The notes under the pieces were generated by a model. It worked only from the letters and a program-made list of their open reading frames with translations. It did no database searches and was not told the origin of the DNA. Shown here one piece after another: positions 20,379-30,643 of a stretch of 64,000 nucleotides of DNA. Source of the DNA: Robiginitomaculum sp. (GTDB lineage Bacteria; Pseudomonadota; Alphaproteobacteria; Caulobacterales; Maricaulaceae); NCBI GenBank assembly GCA_030949705.1, contig JAUZSF010000026.1, forward strand, positions 53,210-117,209, read 5' to 3'. The first letter of the stretch is position 1. Each line of letters opens with the position of its first letter. The translations under genes and the position numbers were made by a program.

Positions 20379-21867
20379 ATCATCCAACCTAATCGTCACC
20401 GCCGTGGTGCTTGGCATCGGCCTGGCAGGCGGCTATGGCCTTGCCAAACTTTCTGGCGGCACCGCGAACACCAGCACGGCATCCAAAAGTGGGGAAAAGG
20501 AAGTCCTCTATTGGAAAGCCCCCATGGACCCCAATTTCAAGAGCGACAAGCCCGGCAAATCGCCCATGGGTATGGATCTCATCCCGGTATATGCCGGCGA
20601 TGACGATGGCGGCAATGACGACAATCTGGTGCGCATTAACCCCAGCGTGCAAAATAATATCGGCGTGCGGCTGGCCAAGGTCGAACGGGCCACCCTGTAC
20701 CGTAATATCGACACGGTCGGCTTTGTCCGTGCCGATGACGACAAGACCGCCATTGTAGATGTGCGGACCGAGGGCTGGATTGAAAAGCTGTTTGTCAAAT
20801 CGCCGGGCGAAGCGGTGCGCAAGGGTCAGCCCTTGTTTGACCTCTATTCCCGCCCGCTGGTCAGTGCCCAGGAAGAATATTTACAGGCTGTACGCATTGG
20901 CAAAGCCAGCCTGATCCGCGCCGCCAAAAGTCGCCTGGATGCCCTGGGCATGAGCAATGCCCAAATCACCCGCATCAAGAAATCGGGTAAATCACAACGC
21001 CTGATCCGCGTATTTGCGCCGCAAGACGGGGTGATCACCATGTTGGGAGCCGGTGAAGGTGCTTTTGTCAAACCCGGTCGCCAGATCATGATGCTGGCCG
21101 ATCTTTCCAGTGTCTGGGTGCAGGCCGAGGTTTTTGAAACCCAGGCCAATTGGGTGAAAGCCGGACAAAGTGTGGACATGCGCCTGGAGGCCATGCCCGG
21201 TCGGATATGGAAAGGTATCGTGGATTACGTCTATCCCACGGTGAATGCCGGAGCACGCACGGTGCAGGTGCGCCTGCGCTTTGAGAATCCTGACGGCATG
21301 TTAAAGCCGGATATGTATGCCAAGCTCAGCATGAAGGCCGACCCTCACACCGGTGTGCTGGTCATTGACCGCGAGGCGCTGATCCGCACCGGTAAATCGG
21401 CGCGAGTGATCCTGGCGCTGGGGGATGGACAGTTTCAACCCGCCAAAGTGGTGGCCGGCATGGAATCCGAAGGCCGCGTGGAAATTCTGGAAGGTTTGCT
21501 GGACGGCGAAGAAATTGTGGTTTCCAGCCAGTTCCTGATTGATAGTGAGGCCTCCTTGCGAGGCACTACCTTGCGCATGTCGCCACCATCGGTGGATACA
21601 GACATTGTGGCGGAAACCATGGGCGTGGTGGAATCCATCATGCCAGACCATGGCATGATCACCATTGCGCATCAGCCGATTGACGCCTTTGGCTGGCCTG
21701 CCATGAGCATGGCCTTCATGACCAAGCCGGCATATCTGGACGATATCAAGGTTGGCGATGCGGTGCATTTCAAATTGAGCGAAAAAGCCAATGAGAACGG
21801 CGATTTTGTCATCCTTGCCATCAAAAAAATGCCGGTAAAGGCTAGTAAGGAAGGAATGAAACCATGA
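20371..21867 (+). CDS. RND efflux periplasmic adaptor (CusB-like) with a C-terminal CusF-like Cu(I)/Ag(I)-binding domain
   Basis: [28 protein letters not shown]-terminal metal motif and an MFP barrel/lipoyl core. The C-terminal [27 protein letters not shown]...GDAVHFKL aligns by eye with E. coli CusF (ITIHHDPIAAVNWPEMTMRF). Start at ATG 20371 after GGAGAG. Confidence 0.85.
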   Translation: MTKSSNLIVTAVVLGIGLAGGYGLAKLSGGTANTSTASKSGEKEVLYWKAPMDPNFKSDKPGKSPMGMDLIPVYAGDDDGGNDDNLVRINPSVQNNIGVRLAKVERATLYRNIDTVGFVRADDDKTAIVDVRTEGWIEKLFVKSPGEAVRKGQPLFDLYSRPLVSAQEEYLQAVRIGKASLIRAAKSRLDALGMSNAQITRIKKSGKSQRLIRVFAPQDGVITMLGAGEGAFVKPGRQIMMLADLSSVWVQAEVFETQANWVKAGQSVDMRLEAMPGRIWKGIVDYVYPTVNAGARTVQVRLRFENPDGMLKPDMYAKLSMKADPHTGVLVIDREALIRTGKSARVILALGDGQFQPAKVVAGMESEGRVEILEGLLDGEEIVVSSQFLIDSEASLRGTTLRMSPPSVDTDIVAETMGVVESIMPDHGMITIAHQPIDAFGWPAMSMAFMTKPAYLDDIKVGDAVHFKLSEKANENGDFVILAIKKMPVKASKEGMKP

Positions 21868-24800
21868 TTCCCGCCCTTATTCGCTGGTCCATTGGCAACC
21901 GTTTTCTGGTCATCATGCTGGCGCTTCTGCTGGCCGGGTGGGGGGCTTATACCCTGAAAAACACGCCGCTGGATGCCATTCCTGATCTGTCTGATGTACA
22001 GGTTATCATCAAAACCTCTTACCCCGGTCAGGCCCCCCAAGTGGTCGAAGATCAGGTTACCTATCCCCTGACCACGGCCATGCTGGCGGTACCGGGGGCC
22101 ATCAATGTGCGCGGCTATTCGTTTTTTAACGACAGCTTTGTCTATATCATTTTCAAGGACGGCACCGATCTTTATTGGGCGCGGTCCCGGGTGCTGGAAT
22201 ATCTCTCACAGGTGGCCCCCACCTTGCCGCCAACCGCCAAACCGGCGCTGGGGCCAGATGCCACTGGCGTTGGCTGGGTTTATCAATACGCCCTGGTGGA
22301 TCGCACTGGCGGTCATGATCTGGCGCAATTGCGTTCGATCCAGGACTGGTTTTTGAAATACGAGCTGCAAACCGTGCCCGGGGTTTCCGAAGTGGCCACC
22401 ATTGGCGGCATGGTCAAGCAATATCAGGTGATTGTCGATCCGGATAAATTGCGCAGCTATAATATCCCCCTGTCCAAAGTACGCACTGCCATACAGCGGG
22501 GTAATCAGGAAACCGGTGGCCGGGTGATCGAAATGGCCGAGGCCGAATACATGGTCCGGGCTTCAGGATATATCAAATCCGAAGAGGATCTGCGACTGAT
22601 CCCCCTTAAAGTCACCAAGGATGGCACGCCGGTTCTGCTCAGAGACGTGGCGCAAATCCGGCTGGGACCAGAACTGCGTCGGGGCATTGGCGAGCTGAAC
22701 GGTGAAGGTGAAGCCGTTGGCGGCGTGATCATTATGCGCTTTGGCGAAAACGCCCTGCGCACCATTGATCTGGTCAAGGAAAAGCTGGAGGTGCTAAAGA
22801 AAAGCCTGCCCGAAGGGGTGGAGGTGGTCACCACCTATGACCGTTCGGCCCTGATCGAGCGGGCGGTGGATACCTTGCGCGAAAAGCTCACCGAAGAGTT
22901 TATTGTGGTCATCCTGGTATGCGCCGTATTCCTTTTTCACTTACGATCAGCGCTGGTGATCGTGCTCAGCCTGCCGCTGGGCATTCTGGCGGCCTTTATT
23001 GTCATGAACATGCAGGGCATTAATGCCAATATCATGTCCCTGGGCGGTATTGCCATCGCCATTGGGGCCATGGTGGATGCGGCCATTGTGATGATTGAAA
23101 ATATGCACAAGCATATTGAACGAGAACCCTTAACCCCCCGAAAACCGATGGCGAATTGTTACCGAAGCCGCGGTCGAGGTGGGCCCGGCATTGTTTTTCT
23201 CTTTGCTGATCATCACGTTCAGCTTTGTGCCAATTTTTGCGCTGGAAGCTCAGGAAGGACGGTTGTTCCATCCGCTGGCCTTTACCAAAACCTATGCCAT
23301 GGCCGCGGCGGCGGGGTATTTCGGTCACCCTGGTGCCGGTATTGATGGGGTATTTCATTCGCGGCAAGGTAATGCCCGAACACAAAAACCCCATTAACTG
23401 GCTGTTGATTGCCGGCTATCGCCCGTTCATCAATGTGGTGCTCAAACACCCGGTCATGATGATCGTGGCCGCCATGGTGGTCTTGGGCAGCGCCGCCTTG
23501 CCGCTATCACGCATGGGCGGCGAGTTTATGCCGGACCTTGATGAAGGCGATTTGCTGTACATGCCCAGCGCCTTTCCAGCGGTTTCGGCGGGTAAAATGG
23601 CCCAGATCATTCAGCAGACCAACAAGCTGATCATGACCGTGCCCGAGGTGAAAAGCGCCTATGCCAAGGCCGGGCGCGCCGATACCGCCACGGACCCGGC
23701 GCCGCTGACCATGGTGGAAACCACCATTCAGTTAAAGCCCAAGGATGAATGGCGACCCGGCATGACCACCGCCAAGTTGAAGGCAGAGCTGGACCGCATT
23801 GTGCAGGTACCCAGCCTGACCAACGTATGGATCATGCCGATCAAGAACCGCATCGACATGTTGGCCACCGGGATCAAAACCCCGGTGGGCATCAAGGTGG
23901 CCGGGCCGGATCTGAATGTCATTGGCGACATTGGCATGAAGATCGAAGAGGTAATCAAGACCGTGCCCGGCACCGCATCGGTTTATGCCGAACGGGTTAC
24001 CGGCGGGCGCTTTATTGATGTGGATATTCGCCGTGCCGAGGCGGCCCGCTTTGGTCTGAACGTCGCCGATGTTCAGGACGTGGTACGCACCGCCATTGGC
24101 GGCATGACCATCACCCAAAGTGTCGAAGGACTGGAGCGTTACCCGGTTAATTTGCGCTATCCGCGCGATTATCGCGACAGTCTGGCCAAGCTGAGAACCC
24201 TGCCGGTGGTGACCCCTCTGGGGGCGCAAATCCCGCTGGAACGTCTGGCCGATATATCCATATCCGGCGGGCCGGGGGTGATCCGCAGCGAAAATGCCCG
24301 CCTGAATGGCTGGATTTATGTAGATATTGCCGGCCGCGATATTGGTTCCTACGTTGCCGACGCCAAAGAGGCGGTGGCCAAAGGCATTGATCTGCCGCCC
24401 GGCTATTCGCTGAACTGGTCCGGCCAGTATGAATATATGGAACGGGCCAAGGCACGGCTTTCCGTGGTGGTGCCGGTCACACTGGTAATTATCCTGCTGT
24501 TACTGTTCCTGAACTTTCGCCGGGTGACCCCGGTGCTGATCATCATCAGCACCCTGCCTTTGGCGCTGGTGGGCGGTCTGTGGCTGATGGATATCCTTGG
24601 CTACAATATGTCGGTGGCCGTGGGCGTGGGCTTTATCGCGCTGGCCGGGGTTTCGGTCGAGATCGGCGTTCTGATGATGGTCTATCTGGAACAGGCATTG
24701 CAGGCCCAACGCGACATTGCCGAACGCGAGGACCGACCCTTCACCTTGGAGGATCTGCGCGCCGCCATTATCGAAGGGGCCCTAATGCGGGTACGCCCGA

Positions 24801-24997
24801 TCATGATGACCGTGGCCGTGGTCATTGCCGGCCTGTTGCCCATCATGATGGGCACCGGCACCGGATCAGAGGTGATGCGCCGCATTGCGGCGCCCATGGT
24901 CGGTGGCATGGTCAGCGCCACAATACTGACCCTGTTGCTGATCCCGGCGGTATTCCTGATCTGGAAACGGATCGGGCTTAAACACGCTCTAAAATAA
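21864..24997 (+). pseudogene. cusA: CusA/CzcA-family heavy-metal RND efflux pump, split by two homopolymer indels as assembled
   Basis: ORFs 21864..23345, 23179..23397 and 23225..24997 together give a contiguous ~1040-aa HME-RND protein (...[19 protein letters not shown]... / [30 protein letters not shown] / [17 protein letters not shown]...). The frame changes in the C6 run 23134-23139 and the G4 run 23313-23316. Confidence 0.9.
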
Positions 24998-25611
24998 GGC
25001 AATAATTATTTGCCGGCATTGGTATGGTCGTGCGCAGGGTTAGTCCCTGTGCACGACCCGCCGATACCACATCATCCAGATCGCGCACCCCCCATTCAGG
25101 ATTACGAGAACGCAGGCTGGCATCAAAATCGGCATTGCTGGGGGCGGTATGTTTGCCGTCTATCCGATAGGGCCCGTACAGCACCATCACCCCGCCCGGG
25201 GCAAGGTGGCGCGCCGCGCCTTTCATCAAACCCAGAGTCGCCTGCCAGGGGGAAATATGGATCATGTTGATATTGACGATGGCATCAAAGGCGGGCGGCC
25301 AGCCTGTTGGTTTTTTTACCGTCAAGCCAGGATGGGCTGCATACATCCAATTTCTGCGCCTCATGGATTTGATCGCTCATGCCTTTGTAGGCCCGCCAGG
25401 CATTAATGCTGGCAATATGGTCCGGGTCCAGATCGGTTGGCCACCAGGTCAGGTTTGGCATTTGCCCGCAAAAATGCACCCCGTGCTGACCAGAGCCCGC
25501 GGCAATCTCCAGCACCGTGCACGGGGTTTGTGGCAATACGCTTTTGAGCACTTGTGCGATGGGATCCGCATTGCGCCTGGCAGAGGGAAAATCGAGCCGT
25601 TGATCGGTCAT
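24978..25611 (-). pseudogene. DUF938-type class I SAM-dependent methyltransferase, one frameshift as assembled
   Basis: ORF 25285..25611 (RNADPIAQVL...VLEIAAGSGQHGVHF) joins ORF 24978..25364 (FDAIVNINMIHISPWQAT...LAPGGVMVLYGPY). The frame changes in the T7 run 25311-25317 (A7 on the coding strand). The 3' end overlaps cusA by 20 nt (convergent). Confidence 0.7.
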
Positions 25612-25618
25612 GACATGC

Positions 25619-27343
25619 TCACCCCTGTACCCGTTCTATGGACCATTGGATCAGGTTTTGTGGATCCGTGATGTCGGCCTGTGTATTCATGCTGTGTTGC
25701 ACCACCAATTGTTGGGTGCGTTGCGGCGGCGCCCCGGCGGCCAGATAGACCGAGGGTTGCAATTCGATCTGTCCGGTGGGGCAATGAAAGCGCCAACCTG
25801 TACCATCTGGCAAGATCAACAGCATCTGGAATTGATCACGCGCAAAACTGGCCCGCACCTTGGGATGCAGATGAAACCGCAAGGCGCAATTAAGCTCTAC
25901 TGGCCCGGCCATTTTCTGAATATCCCGGGGGCGAAATACCCGGTCTTCACCTGTAATGGTATTCCCGTCTTCGCTGACCAATACCTGACGATGATGGATC
26001 AGGCCGTAACGGTGCAAATACCCCCCATGGCTGGCCTCCAGGTGGGTACCCTTGCCCGGTTCCAGCTTGCGCCGCGAGGGATTGGCCAGTCCCCGTTGAC
26101 GCAATCGTGGCCCCAGCAAGGCAGAGCGCAGGCCGAACGAGCGAATTTGTGCCGATGAGGTATCATTGATGACCAGGGTTGAATGCGCCGCACTGGTCCG
26201 CACCGCCAGATGCCATTGATCCGGTTGATCCTCGGACCAGCCACAATTGACGATCAGGCGGCCGCCCGGGGTACTTAGCTCCAGCGCCAGCGCCCCGGCA
26301 TGGGCCTCCTGGCTAAACCGTTCCGGCGGGGCCCGCCCCGTATCCATAATCAATACCGAGGCATCGGTTTTCACCCGCTGATAGCCGGAATGCGGGGCAT
26401 AGGTAAACGCACTTTCGGGAATGGATAGCGCCCGTAAAATCCGTTTGGTCGTCAGGGCATGGCCCTCGCCGCCACCATTAAAGGCGCTTAAATGCCCATC
26501 GGCTGCACATAAAAACCGCACCATGGGGGCCAGCCGCGCAAGCGTTTTTTGCAGATCTTCGGGAACTGGCAAGTGTTGGTATTCCAGCAATTGCTTTAGC
26601 GAGACCAGATCGCACAGCGTCAAGGTCGCCATTTCCGGATTGCGCGAAACATGCCCACCATCGGGCAGAATCTGTTCTGCCAATTGTACGCTCAGCAAAG
26701 CCAGTCCGCGTTCCATAAACCGTGCTGCGCCCGGCACCACCGCCCCGGTAGCCACCAGTGCCATGGCAATTTGCAATCGATCCCGGGTGTCCGAAGCAAT
26801 ATCGCTTAGAGAATGCAAATAGGTGATCTGACGGATCAGGCATTCCCGGCGGGTCTGGCCCTGCTGATCCTCGCCCAACAGGCTCGTGCCAAAGGACAAC
26901 CAGTTCAAACACCGTCGGGCGGCAATGCCCGGGGTCCAGGAAAACGGATTCCACTGGCCATAAATCTGTACCCAATGGTCTATATGCTCGCCGGCCAGCA
27001 TCGTGGCATCATGGCTGTCCAGTGCCAACAGGTCATGCAGCCAGCCAAATTCATGCAACCGCGCCGCAAAGCGCCGCGATGGCACCGGCTTGGTCCATAA
27101 TTCGCGGGTTTCATCAAAATGAGAAACCACACCGGCCAGAAAAAAATCGCCATGAGCCAACGCCTGCCCCTTTTGCGGGTCGGCCTCAATCAAACGTGGC
27201 AAATTGGTTGACGGGGCCTGCGTAGTAGGAAAGCGCAATACCAGTTTGCGATAGATCGGCATGCTGAACAGCTCGCCCGCCAGACGGCGGCGACCGGCTT
27301 TCCACGCTGCATTGGCAATTTCAAGAAACTGATTTTCTGCCAC
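25619..27343 (-). CDS. Heparinase II/III-family protein (function unknown in this context)
   Basis: 574-aa ORF. The N-terminal GDFFLAG...LHEFGWLHDL and central/C-terminal AHSTLVIND...HGGYLHRYGLIHHR pattern matches the heparinase II/III-like proteins that I recall being annotated near rsmB in alphaproteobacteria. Confidence 0.65.
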   Translation of the reverse strand: MAENQFLEIANAAWKAGRRRLAGELFSMPIYRKLVLRFPTTQAPSTNLPRLIEADPQKGQALAHGDFFLAGVVSHFDETRELWTKPVPSRRFAARLHEFGWLHDLLALDSHDATMLAGEHIDHWVQIYGQWNPFSWTPGIAARRCLNWLSFGTSLLGEDQQGQTRRECLIRQITYLHSLSDIASDTRDRLQIAMALVATGAVVPGAARFMERGLALLSVQLAEQILPDGGHVSRNPEMATLTLCDLVSLKQLLEYQHLPVPEDLQKTLARLAPMVRFLCAADGHLSAFNGGGEGHALTTKRILRALSIPESAFTYAPHSGYQRVKTDASVLIMDTGRAPPERFSQEAHAGALALELSTPGGRLIVNCGWSEDQPDQWHLAVRTSAAHSTLVINDTSSAQIRSFGLRSALLGPRLRQRGLANPSRRKLEPGKGTHLEASHGGYLHRYGLIHHRQVLVSEDGNTITGEDRVFRPRDIQKMAGPVELNCALRFHLHPKVRASFARDQFQMLLILPDGTGWRFHCPTGQIELQPSVYLAAGAPPQRTQQLVVQHSMNTQADITDPQNLIQWSIERVQG

Positions 27344-27403
27344 GGGTTATGCTCGCCATAAGTCCATAACCTTTAATGGGCGAGAGTGGCAGGAAAATCA
27401 AAT

Positions 27404-27435
27404 GCGCCCGCACCGGAAAATCCAGATGCGGGCAC
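27404..27435 (-). terminator. Candidate stem-loop downstream of the glycine-zipper lipoprotein gene
   Basis: GCCCGCA (27406-27412) pairs with TGCGGGC (27427-27433) across a 14-nt loop. On the minus strand it is followed by a T-containing tail, not a clean U-tract. Confidence 0.35.
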
Positions 27436-27459
27436 TTTGAACTCAGTTAAGGTTCAGGC

Positions 27460-27960
27460 TCAATTATAGGCCTGTGGCGGCATTTGTTTGGGCAATACCC
27501 GGGCCCGTTCGCCATATTCCACCCAAACCGGCGTGCCATTGGCAATAGCCACATCGCCGCCCTGGGTAATGGTAATGATTTCGCCGTCCCGGTCCAGTTT
27601 GATTGTGTAGGCAAAGCCGGTCCGCTCCGTGGCAGAATTTTCGATGGCCGCGCCCAACAGACCGCCAACAATGGCACCGCCAATGGCCCCAATGGCGCTA
27701 TCGCGTCCATGGCTGCCGGCTTCCTTGCCGATCACAGCCCCAAGACCGGCACCGCTAACTGCACCAACGCCGGAATTGCTGCCTTCGATTTTAATAACCC
27801 GGCTGGCAATGACCACACCGGAATCAGCATGGGTAACTTCACCGATGGCGCTGCGTTGATAGTCATTGGCCCCCAGATCCGAGACACAGCCACCAAGCAC
27901 CAGTGTGCCGGCAACACTCAAAGCACCCAGTGTGCGGGTAACCGATCGAGAAATTGTCAT
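27460..27960 (-). CDS. Glycine-zipper (SlyB / 17-kDa-antigen-like) outer-membrane lipoprotein
   Basis: Lipobox LVLGGC after a signal peptide. GVGAVSGAGLGAVIGKEAG...AIGAIGGAIVGGLLGAAIE glycine-zipper. Start placed at ATG 27960 (AAGGA 7 nt upstream). The ORF track starts at 27981. Confidence 0.7.
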   Translation of the reverse strand: MTISRSVTRTLGALSVAGTLVLGGCVSDLGANDYQRSAIGEVTHADSGVVIASRVIKIEGSNSGVGAVSGAGLGAVIGKEAGSHGRDSAIGAIGGAIVGGLLGAAIENSATERTGFAYTIKLDRDGEIITITQGGDVAIANGTPVWVEYGERARVLPKQMPPQAYN

Positions 27961-28106
27961 ACCATTATCCTTACTTGTCATGTTAAACCAACTGTATGTG
28001 CCTAGCCCTTAATTATAGCTCATAATGAACCAAAGCTGAACCGTTGCTGAACGGCGGCTGAACCGCACTTTTATCTCTGGCTCAGGCATGGGGCAGAAAT
28101 AAGGCC

Positions 28107-29405
28107 TTATTGGCGTGTAAAGGCGGCAATATAAAACGCATCCAGGCCACCCTTGTCAGCCCAGGCGCCGGGGGGAATGCGAAGTTCATTCGCCTTTACA
28201 AAGGCTTGAACATAAGACAGCGCCCCGGTTTCTATGGGCAGGGGCGCCAATGGCAATTCTTTTAACGCCCGGCGGGCCACGTCTTCGCCTTCCTCTACTT
28301 GTGCCGAACACACACAATAGATCAGGCGGCCACCGGGGCGCAGCATGTTGGCGGCGGCGGTAAGAATGGCAAATTGCGTATTGGCCATATCGCGCACCTG
28401 CTCAGGGGTTTTTAGCGCCAATACATCGGGATGGCGGCGAAACACGCCCGTGGCGGTGCAGGGCGCATCCACCAAGACCGCATCAGCCAAAATCTCTGGC
28501 TTCCATTGCAGAGCATCGGCACATACGCTTTGCACCTTCAGGCCCAGCCTTTTCATATTCTGGTTCAGCCGTTCCAGCCGGGAGGATGATCGTTCGACCG
28601 CGGTCACCTTTGCGCCACTGGCCGCCAATTGGGCGGTCTTACCGCCCGGCGCCGCACAAAGATCAATAACATTTTCCTCCGCGCCAGCATTCAGGATCAG
28701 CGCCGGTAGCGCAGCGGCAACGTCCTGAACCTGCCAGGCCCCCTCCGCAAAGCCTGCCCATTTGGTAACATCGCCGGCCTGACGATCCGCCGGGGCAATG
28801 CGCAAGGATGGTCCGCCAATGGACGTACCATTGAGTATTTTGGCCCAGATCGCCGGGTCACGAAACACCGTCAGATCGGTTGGCTGGTCTTCTACAAGAA
28901 TCTTGGCCGCATTTTCGACAGCCGCGTCGCCATAGGCTTCCTGCCAGCTTTGGCGCAACCAGTCCGGAATGTTTATGGTGGTGGGAATGTCCTTCAGACA
29001 TTCCGGCCCCTCGGCCGCCACTTTGCGCAAAACCGCATTGGCCAGATGACGAAAGGCGCGGGTTTTTCCCTTGCTGGCAGCCATGGAAACCGCCTCGTTG
29101 ACAATGGCAAAGGCGGGGCTGCGCAGAAATAAAATTTCGGCAGTGGCACAGCGCAAAATCGCCCGCATCAACCCGGCCTTGGAGGGTAGGGGCTTTGCCA
29201 GATAGAGAGCCAAAATGGCGTCCACCTGGCCAAGATGGCGCAGGACCGTGCCGGCAATGGCGCGGGCCAAGGCGCGATCCCGCGGGCTCATGGCCGTAAA
29301 GCCATTCGGGCCGGCAAGGAAATCATCCATGCTCTGGCCATGATCCAAAATGGCGGTGATGGCGTTCGCCGCCCATATCCGCGCCGGTGAGAGTTTTACA
29401 TGCAT
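28107..29405 (-). CDS. rsmB: 16S rRNA (cytosine-C5)-methyltransferase RsmB/Sun family
   Basis: N-terminal NusB-like region, then the SAM motif VIDLCAAPGGKT, DAVLVDAPCTATGVFRRHPD and LIYCVCS (catalytic Cys). Confidence 0.85.
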   Translation of the reverse strand: MHVKLSPARIWAANAITAILDHGQSMDDFLAGPNGFTAMSPRDRALARAIAGTVLRHLGQVDAILALYLAKPLPSKAGLMRAILRCATAEILFLRSPAFAIVNEAVSMAASKGKTRAFRHLANAVLRKVAAEGPECLKDIPTTINIPDWLRQSWQEAYGDAAVENAAKILVEDQPTDLTVFRDPAIWAKILNGTSIGGPSLRIAPADRQAGDVTKWAGFAEGAWQVQDVAAALPALILNAGAEENVIDLCAAPGGKTAQLAASGAKVTAVERSSSRLERLNQNMKRLGLKVQSVCADALQWKPEILADAVLVDAPCTATGVFRRHPDVLALKTPEQVRDMANTQFAILTAAANMLRPGGRLIYCVCSAQVEEGEDVARRALKELPLAPLPIETGALSYVQAFVKANELRIPPGAWADKGGLDAFYIAAFTRQ

Positions 29406-29504
29406 AGGTGCGCATACCATGGGCTTTGGCGCCCTAACAGGTTTATTGCTGCAAGATCACGTGTTAATCTGCACCCATCGTTTCAGGGAGCCTTTTGCCA
29501 GATC

Positions 29505-29690
29505 ATGACCGAAACCCAAAAGTCGCAAACGCCAGCCCCCGAAGTGGCCCGCCGTGCCTTGGCCGAGGCCGAAAAGAGGCGGCAATTGCATCAAAATGCC
29601 GATCTTCCCAAAGAGTATGGCGGCCCCAAGGGGGAGGAACCCACCCGGTTTGGGGATTGGGAACGCAAGGGCATTGCCTCTGATTTTTAA
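29505..29690 (+). CDS. DUF1674 (SDHAF4-like) small protein
   Basis: 61 aa ending EYGGPKGEEPTRFGDWERKGIASDF, the hallmark C-terminus of DUF1674. Start at ATG 29505 within ORF 29400..29690. Confidence 0.8.
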   Translation: MTETQKSQTPAPEVARRALAEAEKRRQLHQNADLPKEYGGPKGEEPTRFGDWERKGIASDF

Positions 29691-29773
29691 TCCCCTTTTA
29701 GGGGAAGTGCTTTCGGCACAGGCCTTGCGTGTCTTAGGTTCTAATTGTTCTGAAACGGGACATGGAGAAACCG

Positions 29774-30643
29774 ATGCGTATGCTTTCCCTGCACACCACC
29801 CTGATTGCCGGTGCCTTTTTGGCGCTTGGCATGGCCCAAGGCGGACAAGCCAGGGCTGGCCAGAGCGGGTTTTGCCTGACCGGTACCGTTAGCACGTCCC
29901 AATCGCGCGTGGATTGCACCGGACGCTGGGTCGCCGCCGATGGCACCCGTCTTGGTCCGCAATACGACGCGCGCAACACCCCCCATACGCCGCATCCCAG
30001 TTTCAGCCATACCGGTTCCACCTATCATTCCACCCAAAACGCCCATACCCCGGCCTCGGTCTGGACACCGCCAGCCCCCTATTATCCCGATGCCGGCCCG
30101 GTGGTGGTGACCCGCGGCAATCAGGACAGCGCCTTTGATGGCAATTACGATGTGTATGTGCCAACCCGCACTCATTTGCCGCCGCCACCGCCCACACAGA
30201 TCATTACCGGCCGCCACAGTGCCTGTAATGAGGGTGCCCATCCCCGGACCAATGTTTATTGCGGGCACCAGGCGCCCCGTCTGCCAGACGAGGGCTGTTA
30301 CAGCCTGGATGATCATGGGCAAACCATCCCGGCACCATGCCCAACCGGTGAGTCCCGGGTGTATTCCAGCAACGCCCACGCTCACGCCAGTGCCAGTGCC
30401 AGTGCCAGTGCCAGTGCCAGTGTAAACATCAGCAATGCAGCCTTTTTCAATACCCTGTCTGGCGGTGTTGGCGGCAATGCCCCCATATTCTTTGGCGGCA
30501 GCAGCACCATTATTACCAGCGGTGGTGGTGGCAGCGTGCTTTCCCGCGCCCCTCTGATCCGTTTTCGCAGTCATAACCGGGGCGGTGGCGGTCATGGCTG
30601 TGGTTGTGGCGGCGGTATGATGAGCATGGGCGGCGGCGACTGA
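29774..30643 (+). CDS. Secreted low-complexity protein of unknown function (His/Pro/Thr-rich, eight Cys, (Ala-Ser)6 run, Gly-rich tail ending HGCGCGGGMMSMGGGD)
   Basis: GGAGA lies 5 nt before ATG 29774. Signal peptide MRMLSLHTTLIAGAFLALGMAQGGQA. Codon choice (GCC, ACC, CTG, GGC with GAT, CAT, TAT, AAT) matches neighbouring genes. The opposite-strand ORF looks like a shadow ORF. Confidence 0.55.
   Translation: MRMLSLHTTLIAGAFLALGMAQGGQARAGQSGFCLTGTVSTSQSRVDCTGRWVAADGTRLGPQYDARNTPHTPHPSFSHTGSTYHSTQNAHTPASVWTPPAPYYPDAGPVVVTRGNQDSAFDGNYDVYVPTRTHLPPPPPTQIITGRHSACNEGAHPRTNVYCGHQAPRLPDEGCYSLDDHGQTIPAPCPTGESRVYSSNAHAHASASASASASASVNISNAAFFNTLSGGVGGNAPIFFGGSSTIITSGGGGSVLSRAPLIRFRSHNRGGGGHGCGCGGGMMSMGGGD
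30386..30421 (+). repeat. Perfect hexanucleotide tandem repeat (GCCAGT)x6 inside the CDS, encoding (Ala-Ser)6
   Basis: Read directly from the sequence: gccagt repeated six times from 30386 to 30421. Confidence 0.95.

Noticed and set aside
29737-29750. GTTC-N5-GTTC upstream of the orphan secreted gene, considered as an alphaproteobacterial SOS (LexA) box
   Set aside because: The alphaproteobacterial LexA motif I know is GTTC-N7-GTTC. The spacing here is 5 nt, and the second locus (30690) lacks the first half-site.
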